Shown here: positions 36,933 through 45,802 of the stretch, piece by piece
Position numbering within the stretch: the stretch's first letter is position 1
How the letters are laid out: each line of letters opens with the position of its first letter
Source of the DNA: Nitrospirota bacterium
GTDB lineage: Bacteria; Nitrospirota; Thermodesulfovibrionia; Thermodesulfovibrionales; JdFR-85
Assembly (NCBI GenBank): GCA_035873375.1
Contig: JAYWMQ010000017.1
Location: forward strand, 728 to 64,727
Direction of reading: 5' to 3'
DNA length: 64,000 bases
Program-made: the position numbers and the translations under genes
The notes under the pieces: generated by a model
The model's input: only the letters and a program-made list of their open reading frames with translations
Database searches by the model: none
Told to the model about the DNA's origin: nothing

Positions 36933-38619
36933 AGCCCCTGATTCTGTAATACCTGTCAAGGGTATCATCAAAATCCTTCCTCCTGATTGGCGGGATTGTC
37001 ACGTTCTCGTCTGAATACCCCGCATCCCTGAAAAACCTCTCCGGCAGGTCGTCATCCTTTCTTGAAAAGCCGTTCAGTGTATTGAGATGCCTTTCAAGAA
37101 GCCACGTACGCTCCCCTGCCCTCACGAGTGACTGCACATCATACTCCCTTGCCGTCACTGCATTTATGGCCTTTGCATACTCCTCAAGGGAGGCTGCAAA
37201 GAAGACAAACTTGCATGCTGTAAGGGAATCTATTACTGTGTTTATATCCTCGGATATCTTGACCATCCTGGCCTTGCCCACAAAGGAGAACCTGTCAACA
37301 GCCACAGGCTTTCTGAGTATCTCGTAACTTATCGGATATGCCCTGAGGTGGCAGCCTCCTCGGTTTGAGGTGACATAGGAAAGGGCCATGCCATAGGCGC
37401 CCCGGGGGTCGTAGGCCGGAAGCTCAAGTCCCTTTACCGTCATGCTGAGCTCAGGCACACCCTTTGACTCTGCAAACCTCCTTGAACCCTCGGACAGGGC
37501 GTCTCCAATACCCTGCCTCTCCCCTATAAGCACTACATGCCTGAGGAGCTCCTCAGGCGACAGCCTCTTGCCTGAAAACTCTGAATAACAGGCAATGGTG
37601 GATGCAGTTGTAATGGTGTCAAGGCCGTAATCATTACAGAGGCGGTTTGCCTCGACAATACTTTGGAGGTCACTGTTGCCGTTGAGGGCGCCAAAATGTG
37701 AGACCGTCTCGAATTCAGGCATAACCTCACCTGCCCTGCCCACTTTCTTGCATAGTATGGGGCACCCCCTGCAACCTTTCTTTTTTGTATGATAGGCGGT
37801 CTTCATTGAATAACCCGAGTATTGGCCGGACTTGGGGAATACACTCTTTCTGAAATTCTCCGTAGGCTCCATCCTCCTTGCATGGATAAGGTCAACAAGG
37901 GCTGCCGTACCGAATTCGCTGAGGCCGAACTCACCAAATACTGCAGGTGAGGCCCTGAGCAGCCTCATTATCTCCTCCCTTGCCTTTTTCAATGCCCCGG
38001 GATCAGCGACCTTTACCTCTCCTGTCCCCCTTATCTTTATTGCCTTCAATCTCTTGGCCCCCATAACAGCCCCAAGCCCGCCCCTGCCTGCAAGGTAGTG
38101 TCCGTCAAATACAATTGAAGCAAACCTGACGCCCCGCTCTCCTGCACGGCCGATTATGGCCGTGGACCCGTCATCACCAAGAATTGCTGCCGTCTCTTCT
38201 ACATTCCTGCCATAAAGCCCCCCTGCGTCCTTTATGGATATATTACCGTCCTGAATATCTATCGTCACCCACTCTCTGGATAGACCGGAGATAATGAGCA
38301 TATCAAACCCCGCCCTCTTCAGCTCGGTTGCAAACCTGCCCCCGACAGAGCAGTCAAAAACCGTTGATGTGAGTGGAGACCTTGAGACCACGGAGAGCCT
38401 TCCTGATGTGGGGGCAGAGGTACCGACCAGTGGGCCGGAGGCAAATATTATCGGCATATCCTCTGAATCAAACGGTTTTGTAATGTGCTCCCTGATCAGC
38501 GCCACACCAAAACCCCGTCCCCCGATATATTTCTCGCACAGTTCCGGCGGGGTCTCAAATATATCCCAAACTCCTTCCGAGAGGTCTATCCTGATGCTTT
38601 TTCCTGTATACCCTGTCAT
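36886..38619 (-). CDS. aor: aldehyde:ferredoxin oxidoreductase (tungsten/molybdopterin AOR family)
   Basis: About 577 aa. The N-terminus MTGYTGKSIRIDLSEG is the classic AOR start. It has Fe-S ligand Cys residues and AOR C-terminal domains. The ATG at 38619 overlaps the upstream stop (ATGA). Confidence 0.92.
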   Translation of the reverse strand: MTGYTGKSIRIDLSEGVWDIFETPPELCEKYIGGRGFGVALIREHITKPFDSEDMPIIFASGPLVGTSAPTSGRLSVVSRSPLTSTVFDCSVGGRFATELKRAGFDMLIISGLSREWVTIDIQDGNISIKDAGGLYGRNVEETAAILGDDGSTAIIGRAGERGVRFASIVFDGHYLAGRGGLGAVMGAKRLKAIKIRGTGEVKVADPGALKKAREEIMRLLRASPAVFGEFGLSEFGTAALVDLIHARRMEPTENFRKSVFPKSGQYSGYSMKTAYHTKKKGCRGCPILCKKVGRAGEVMPEFETVSHFGALNGNSDLQSIVEANRLCNDYGLDTITTASTIACYSEFSGKRLSPEELLRHVVLIGERQGIGDALSEGSRRFAESKGVPELSMTVKGLELPAYDPRGAYGMALSYVTSNRGGCHLRAYPISYEILRKPVAVDRFSFVGKARMVKISEDINTVIDSLTACKFVFFAASLEEYAKAINAVTAREYDVQSLVRAGERTWLLERHLNTLNGFSRKDDDLPERFFRDAGYSDENVTIPPIRRKDFDDTLDRYYRIRGYDEEGRVTEEDERAD

Positions 38620-38882
38620 TTGCACCTTCCGTTCATTTTATAAATAAATGTCAGCACCTCAGCCACAGCCCTGTAGAGTTCCGGCGGTGTCTCTTCATAC
38701 ATATCAAGGGTGGAGAGTATCTCCACCAGGGCCTTGTCCTCATGGATGGGCACCCCGTGCTCACGGGCAAGGGCGATTATCCTCTCGGCAAGCCATCCCC
38801 TGCCCCTGGCCACTACTTTCGGTGCCGCATCAACACCCTGTCTGTATTTCAGGGCTGCTGCCTTTTTCCGCTCTTCCTTCAT
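38616..38882 (-). CDS. FlhB C-terminal-domain-like small protein (EscU/YscU/FlhB family)
   Basis: 88 aa. AVALKY-type start (AAALKYRQGVDAAPKVVARGRGWLAERIIALAREHGVPIHED). Confidence 0.85.
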   Translation of the reverse strand: MKEERKKAAALKYRQGVDAAPKVVARGRGWLAERIIALAREHGVPIHEDKALVEILSTLDMYEETPPELYRAVAEVLTFIYKMNGRCK

Positions 38883-40018
38883 ACCCTTATATCAAGTCCT
38901 TCTGAAATGGCGCTGCTGAAGTCTGCTTTCTCCTCATGCCTCGCACTGATGCTGCCGACTTTAAGGCCGGAGGCTTTAAACTGTTTCTCAAGCATGGGCA
39001 AGCCCTCCTTCAGCGCTTCAACAAAGGCCCGGTTCTCTGTAATGAACCTGATATGGAAACGCCCTGACTGCATAAGGATATGGGCCATTATCCTGCCGGT
39101 CCCCTCTATATCAAGGTTGACAATGCAGGAATACGCCCTCTCTTCGGGCTTCCCCCTGTATGATTCCCTGAATATCAATTCTCCATCCCGCAAATCCTTC
39201 CAGAAGAGGGGGATAAAGACCTGTAACGATTCATTCAGTCTTGACTGAAGCTGAAAGAACTCTATGTTTTTGATGAGTTTGTCTATAGCCGTGTTCAGAT
39301 TATCAGGCTTTATGTTGTTCTGAATTAATTGCTCAATTACACCTGCATCCCTTAGCGCGCCTTTAATGCTGAGAAGGGTACCCTTGAGGTCGTCCCTGAT
39401 AATCCGTGCAAGTCCTTTTTCAACATCCGGCTCAGTACCGGTATTGAGCATGGTCTTCTGTTGAAGCTCCTGTTTCAGCATATCATCTGTAACGAGCCTC
39501 AGGGTAAGCAGCCTTAATTTTGACTCAAAAAATATGCCGGAGGACTCTATTAGATCCTTCGAAATACCCGATGCGAGCATCTCAATCTGAGGGAAGAATC
39601 TTTTTAGTGATGCAAGCTGGGGGAGCACTTCCCTGACGGATCCGGGAAGCGTCTCAATCAGGCTCCTCAGTCTTCCCATCTCCCCCGCCTCAAGTCTTGC
39701 ACCCCTGAGGTTATCAAGGGCAGAGAGGATGGAGCTTTTCAGAGTCTCTGAAGACTCCCTCCCTCCTCCAACCAACCTCAGCCTTATCTCGTTTCCCTTG
39801 CCCTCTACCCTGAGCATAAGGGTTTCATTCTTTTGCAGGGGAATGTCTGTCGTTGCCTTAAGAACCGTGTTTTTCAGCCTGATGGAGACAGTGTTGCCGG
39901 AAGTGATATTCAAAACCTCGGCCTTGACAATATCCCCTATCTTTAAGGTGAGGGCCGGCCTGTCCCTGATAAGAAGGTTTATAAACTTTCCTGTCTTATT
40001 AATCAACGGCCCTTGCAT
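38879..40018 (-). CDS. FliK-like (flagellar hook-length control C-terminal domain) protein
   Basis: 379 aa. C-terminal Flg_hook-like block (VNLDIEGTGRIMAHILMQSGRFHIRFITEN...LKEGLPMLEKQF). There is a 4-nt overlap with the flhB-like gene. Confidence 0.7.
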   Translation of the reverse strand: MQGPLINKTGKFINLLIRDRPALTLKIGDIVKAEVLNITSGNTVSIRLKNTVLKATTDIPLQKNETLMLRVEGKGNEIRLRLVGGGRESSETLKSSILSALDNLRGARLEAGEMGRLRSLIETLPGSVREVLPQLASLKRFFPQIEMLASGISKDLIESSGIFFESKLRLLTLRLVTDDMLKQELQQKTMLNTGTEPDVEKGLARIIRDDLKGTLLSIKGALRDAGVIEQLIQNNIKPDNLNTAIDKLIKNIEFFQLQSRLNESLQVFIPLFWKDLRDGELIFRESYRGKPEERAYSCIVNLDIEGTGRIMAHILMQSGRFHIRFITENRAFVEALKEGLPMLEKQFKASGLKVGSISARHEEKADFSSAISEGLDIRV

Positions 40019-40095
40019 TTTCTAATTAACGGCCCTGCATTTTGCCTTTTTCAAGTCCCCTGTATTTTAATATAAACCGGTCACTTATAGTATAA

Positions 40096-41400
<1,305 letters not shown>

Positions 41401-41451
41401 ATCTTTAATATGGATATCTGAATCAGGTCTTTTTCTGATCGGACGCGCATT

Positions 41452-41497
41452 CCTACATTTTTGTATGACATTTTTGTAGGCCATACAAAAATGTAGG
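41452..41497. promoter_or_regulatory. three TACA-N4-TGTA palindromes; the outer pair forms a perfect 15-bp inverted repeat (putative upstream activator sites)
   Basis: CCTACATTTTTGTAT (41452-41466), GACATTTTTGTAGG (41467-41480) and ATACAAAAATGTAGG (41483-41497). Confidence 0.5.
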
Positions 41498-41540
41498 ACA
41501 GGCAGGGCTCACTGTCCCTGAAAACAGGGCATTTCACGGA

Positions 41541-41556
41541 TGGCACGAATATTGTA
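41541..41556 (+). promoter_or_regulatory. sigma54-type -24/-12 promoter candidate for glnB-amt
   Basis: TGGCAC-GAATA-TTGTA. The -24 element is perfect; the -12 has GT instead of GC. It lies ~85 nt upstream of the glnB ATG. Confidence 0.45.
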
Positions 41557-41640
41557 AATTATCGCAGACTGCCGGCAATCGCCGGATTATTGCCGGACGT
41601 AAATCTCTTAGAATTTTAAATACTACAGGAGGTATTTCCA

Positions 41641-41979
41641 ATGAAGATGGTTTCTGCTGTAATCAAGCATTTTCGGCTTGACAATGTACGGAAAGCCCTG
41701 ACGGACATCGGGGTGGAAGGTATGACCATTATTGAGGTAAAGGGTTTTGGGCGTCAGAAGGGTCACATGGAGGTATACAGGGGTGTGGAGTATGAGGTGA
41801 GATTCCTGCCAAAGATCAAGGTAGAGGTGGCCGTGACTGATGAAAAACTCGATCAGGTTATTGATGTTATTCAGGAAGCTGCAAGGACAGGCGAGATAGG
41901 GGATGGCAAGATATTTATTTATAACCTGCAGGATGTGGTGAGGATCAGGACAGGGGAGAGAGGAGAGGAAGCGATATGA
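41641..41979 (+). CDS. glnB: nitrogen regulatory protein P-II (copy 2)
   Basis: 112 aa. Canonical PII sequence with T-loop Tyr51. AGGAGG RBS. Confidence 0.95.
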   Translation: MKMVSAVIKHFRLDNVRKALTDIGVEGMTIIEVKGFGRQKGHMEVYRGVEYEVRFLPKIKVEVAVTDEKLDQVIDVIQEAARTGEIGDGKIFIYNLQDVVRIRTGERGEEAI

Positions 41980-43328
41980 TGAAAAAAGAGGACTCAGGAG
42001 TTGGAAGCCAGGGCTCCTTGATAAATGGAAAACTGGTTTTGATTTCGCTATTCACAGGTTTTCTGGTATTCCTTTCCTGCAACAGCGCATTTGCAGGGGA
42101 AGCAACGGGGATCGATACAGGCGATACTGCCTGGCTATTGATGTCCACAGCTCTTGTCATGCTGATGACCCCGGGGCTTGCCTTTTTTTATGGCGGAATG
42201 GTGAGGAGCAAAAATGTCCTCGGCACCATAATGCATAGTTTTATAATCCTGTGTATTGTGAGTATTGTCTGGGTATTGTGGGGGTATACACTTGCCTTTG
42301 GCCCTGACATAGGCGGGTTTGTTGGCGGACTGAAGTGGTTGGGCCTGCAGGGTGTTGGACAGGAACCCGCTCCACTGGCCCCAACAGTGCCCCACCTTGC
42401 ATTCATGATGTTTCAGGGGATGTTTGCCATCATCACACCTGCCCTTATAACAGGGGCCTTTGCAGAGAGGATGAAGTTTTCGGCCCTGGTGATCTTTACT
42501 GTGCTATGGACAACCTTTGTCTACTCTCCGGTTTGTCACTGGGTATGGGGGGGCGGATGGATCGGAACAAAAATTGGCGCCCTTGATTTTGCCGGCGGCA
42601 CAGTTGTCCATATAAACTCAGCCATTGCAGCCATTACTGCCGCGGTTATTATTGGAAAGAGAAAGGGGTATCTGGAGGAGGCTATAATGCCTCATAACCT
42701 TCCAATGACTATCCTGGGGGCTGCACTGCTGTGGTTCGGCTGGTTCGGGTTTAATGCCGGCAGTGCACTTACAGCCGGAGGACTGGCCTCCCTTGCCTTT
42801 GTAACAACAAACACCGCTGCTGCAGCAGCGGCCATGAGCTGGGCACTTACAGAGTGGGGCTACAGGGGAAAACCCACAGCCTTTGGTGCGGTCAGCGGCG
42901 CTGTAGCCGGACTTGTTGCCATAACGCCTGCAGCAGGCTTTGTAAGTCCCATGTCTGCCATCCTGATAGGTCTCGGTGCAGGCGTCTTCTGTTATCTTGC
43001 CGTTAATGTCAGACCGAAGATCGGATATGATGATTCACTTGATGTACTCGGCATCCATGGAGTAGGAGGTCTGTGGGGGGCACTGGCTACAGGTCTTTTT
43101 GCATCAACCGCAGTAAATTCCGGTGGTGCCGATGGCCTGTTTTTCGGAAACCCGTCTCTCTTTACAGCCCAGGTTATTGCGAGTGCTGCAACCATTCTTT
43201 ATTCCGGAGTTGTCACCCTTATCATACTGAAGGTGATTGACTGGACAATCGGACTCAGGGTTAAAGAGGAAGAAGAGGTTGTGGGACTTGATCTCAGCCA
43301 GCACGGTGAGACAGGATATAACCTGTAA
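41976..43328 (+). CDS. amt: ammonium transporter Amt (copy 2)
   Basis: 450 aa. The start overlaps the glnB stop (ATGA). It has the DFAGGTVVH motif and is multi-TM. Confidence 0.95.
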   Translation: MMKKEDSGVGSQGSLINGKLVLISLFTGFLVFLSCNSAFAGEATGIDTGDTAWLLMSTALVMLMTPGLAFFYGGMVRSKNVLGTIMHSFIILCIVSIVWVLWGYTLAFGPDIGGFVGGLKWLGLQGVGQEPAPLAPTVPHLAFMMFQGMFAIITPALITGAFAERMKFSALVIFTVLWTTFVYSPVCHWVWGGGWIGTKIGALDFAGGTVVHINSAIAAITAAVIIGKRKGYLEEAIMPHNLPMTILGAALLWFGWFGFNAGSALTAGGLASLAFVTTNTAAAAAAMSWALTEWGYRGKPTAFGAVSGAVAGLVAITPAAGFVSPMSAILIGLGAGVFCYLAVNVRPKIGYDDSLDVLGIHGVGGLWGALATGLFASTAVNSGGADGLFFGNPSLFTAQVIASAATILYSGVVTLIILKVIDWTIGLRVKEEEEVVGLDLSQHGETGYNL

Positions 43329-43385
43329 ACGGAACCGCCGGGCCGCAGGCGGAATTAAAAATCTTGTCAAGGAGATTAAAAGGTT

Positions 43386-44066
43386 ATGCCGGTATTGATT
43401 GTAAAGAACATCCCGGTCGAAGGGCCGGGAACGATTGAGGACTTTCTCAAGGACAAGGGTATTTCCTATACCATACTCGAGCTCTCAAAGGGCGAGCTGA
43501 TTACCGACACAGGGGAGTATTCGCATCTGATAGTAATGGGTGGACCGATGGCTGTTTACGAGATGGACAGATACGCCTACCTCCGTCAGGAGACGGACTT
43601 GATAAAGGACTTCATTAACAGGGGCAAGTCCGTCCTTGGTGTCTGCCTGGGAGCCCAAATGGTCGCTCATTGCCTTGGGGCAAGGGTTTATCCCGGTGAT
43701 GTCAAGGAGGTAGGCTGGTATAAGGTTGACATAACACCTGAGGGAATGGAAGACGAGGTCTTCTCAACCATTGCGATTGACGGGAAACCCGTTGCAGAGG
43801 TCTTTCAGTGGCACGGTGACACCTTTGACCTGCCTGAAGGCGCGGTAAGGATTGCCTCGTCATCAGCCTATCCCAATCAGGCATTCAGGTACGGCAGCCG
43901 GGTATATGCCCTGCAGTTTCATATAGAGGTTACACCGGAGATACTCAGGGAATGGTTTAAGGACGAAGAAGGGGTTGACGTTGAAGAGATGCTTGCGCAT
44001 ACGCAGAAGATATACCCTGAATATCATAAAAGGGCAATGAATTTTTATGATAAATTTTTTTCTTGA
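43386..44066 (+). CDS. class I glutamine amidotransferase (GATase1) domain protein
   Basis: 226 aa. Nucleophile elbow GVCLGAQ and a distal His (QFHIEVT). Confidence 0.85.
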   Translation: MPVLIVKNIPVEGPGTIEDFLKDKGISYTILELSKGELITDTGEYSHLIVMGGPMAVYEMDRYAYLRQETDLIKDFINRGKSVLGVCLGAQMVAHCLGARVYPGDVKEVGWYKVDITPEGMEDEVFSTIAIDGKPVAEVFQWHGDTFDLPEGAVRIASSSAYPNQAFRYGSRVYALQFHIEVTPEILREWFKDEEGVDVEEMLAHTQKIYPEYHKRAMNFYDKFFS

Positions 44067-44165
44067 CAAAACTTTGTCTTGACAAAGCCGAAAAATTTAT
44101 AGTAAATTTATCGGCAAACCCAATACCGATAAACCAACGAATTTTAATTCTTTAGGAGGTAGTCT

Positions 44166-45578
44166 ATGACGCCAAAGGATGTCTTAACGTTTGCTCAGGA
44201 AAACGACGTAGTAATGGTTGACTTCAAGTTCATTGATTTTCCAGGGGTATGGCAGCACTTTTCAGTACCTGTTGATGAACTGAAAGAAGAGACTTTTGAA
44301 GAGGGTGTTGGTTTTGACGGCTCATCCATAAGGGGCTGGCAGGCAATCAATGCATCGGATATGCTGATTATTCCTGACCCTGAGACCACAATGCTTGATC
44401 CATTCAGAAAATACCCGACTCTCGGTCTTGTCTGCAACATTGTAGACCCGATTACCAAGGAACCTTACTCAAGAGATCCAAGATACATCTCACAGAAGGC
44501 AGTTCAGTATCTCAAGTCCACAGGGTTAGGTGATACTGCATACTTTGGCCCGGAGGCAGAGTTTTTTATCTTTGACGACATAAGGTTTGACCAGAATGCC
44601 CAGAGCGGCTATTACTTTATTGATTCAAAAGAAGGCATCTGGAACTCCGGAAAGGATGAGGGCCCCAACCTCGGTTACAAACCAAGACACAAGGAGGGGT
44701 ATTTCCCTGTACCGCCTACAGACAGCCTTGAGGATTTAAGGACGGAGATGGTCGTTATAATGCAAAGGTGTGGAATACATATCGAAGCCCAGCACCACGA
44801 GGTGGCAACAGCAGGCCAGGGCGAGATTGACATGAGATTCTCCCCCCTTGTAAATATGGCCGACAAGCTCATGCTGTTCAAATACATAGTCAAGAACGTG
44901 GCCCATGCACATGGAAAGACTGCTACCTTCATGCCAAAGCCCATCTTTGAAGACAATGGCTCAGGAATGCACACCCACCAGAGCATCTGGAAGGATGGCA
45001 AACCCCTGTTTGCAGGTAATGAATACGCAGGCCTCAGTGAGATGGCGCTTCACTACATCGGAGGACTTCTGAAACATGCCAGGGCGCTTGCCGCACTCAC
45101 AAACCCCACAACCAATTCATACAAGAGACTTGTTCCGGGGTTTGAGGCACCGGTTAATCTTGCATATTCAGCAAGAAACCGCTCTGCGGCAATAAGGATT
45201 CCAATGTATTCTCCTTCTCCAAAGGCAAAGAGGGTGGAGGTAAGATTCCCGGATCCCTCATGCAACCCCTATCTTGCCTTTGCAGCATTGCTGATGGCCG
45301 GCCTTGACGGAATAGAGAACAAGATTGATCCCGGCGAGGCACTTGATAAGGACCTCTATGAGCTTCCGCCAGAGGAACTCTCAAAGGTACCCCAGATGGT
45401 AGGCAGCCTTGATGAGGCACTTGAGAGTCTTGAAAAAGACCATGAGTTCCTGCTCAAGGGAAATGTCTTCACTGAAGATGCACTTACGACATGGATAAAA
45501 TACAAGAGAGAGAACGAGGTTAATGAACTGAGGCTCAGGCCTCACCCCTATGAGTTCTTCCTTTACTACGATATATAA
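44166..45578 (+). CDS. glnA: glutamine synthetase type I
   Basis: 470 aa. [21 protein letters not shown], and [17 protein letters not shown] blocks. AGGAGG RBS. Confidence 0.96.
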   Translation: MTPKDVLTFAQENDVVMVDFKFIDFPGVWQHFSVPVDELKEETFEEGVGFDGSSIRGWQAINASDMLIIPDPETTMLDPFRKYPTLGLVCNIVDPITKEPYSRDPRYISQKAVQYLKSTGLGDTAYFGPEAEFFIFDDIRFDQNAQSGYYFIDSKEGIWNSGKDEGPNLGYKPRHKEGYFPVPPTDSLEDLRTEMVVIMQRCGIHIEAQHHEVATAGQGEIDMRFSPLVNMADKLMLFKYIVKNVAHAHGKTATFMPKPIFEDNGSGMHTHQSIWKDGKPLFAGNEYAGLSEMALHYIGGLLKHARALAALTNPTTNSYKRLVPGFEAPVNLAYSARNRSAAIRIPMYSPSPKAKRVEVRFPDPSCNPYLAFAALLMAGLDGIENKIDPGEALDKDLYELPPEELSKVPQMVGSLDEALESLEKDHEFLLKGNVFTEDALTTWIKYKRENEVNELRLRPHPYEFFLYYDI

Positions 45579-45587
45579 ACTTTACTT

Positions 45588-45616
45588 CCCCCTGGAAAGA
45601 CCATCTTTCCAGGGGG
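45588..45616 (+). terminator. hairpin terminator after glnA
   Basis: A perfect 12-bp stem, CCCCCTGGAAAG / CTTTCCAGGGGG, with a 5-nt loop, 10 nt after the stop. There is no clear U tract. Confidence 0.65.
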
Positions 45617-45802
45617 GGCCTCCACAATTCCCAAACTTTCTTCTCTATCAGCTGGGCAGAATCCTTTCCGGAAACTGTGTTCATACTAATAGAGTACCCC
45701 GTGTTGAAACTCAATACGATAGATGGTGCAATATATCATCCTTGAAAGCCAGACTTGTTTATCACATAAAAGAGGATAAGTTTGTCAGTTTTTTTTAACC
45801 TT

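Noticed and set aside
44065-44078. GACAAA-AC-TTTGTC palindrome upstream of glnA as another TACA-N4-TGTA site
   Set aside because: The ACA/TGT cores are separated by 6 nt rather than 4 and the flanking bases differ. I do not count it as the same motif.
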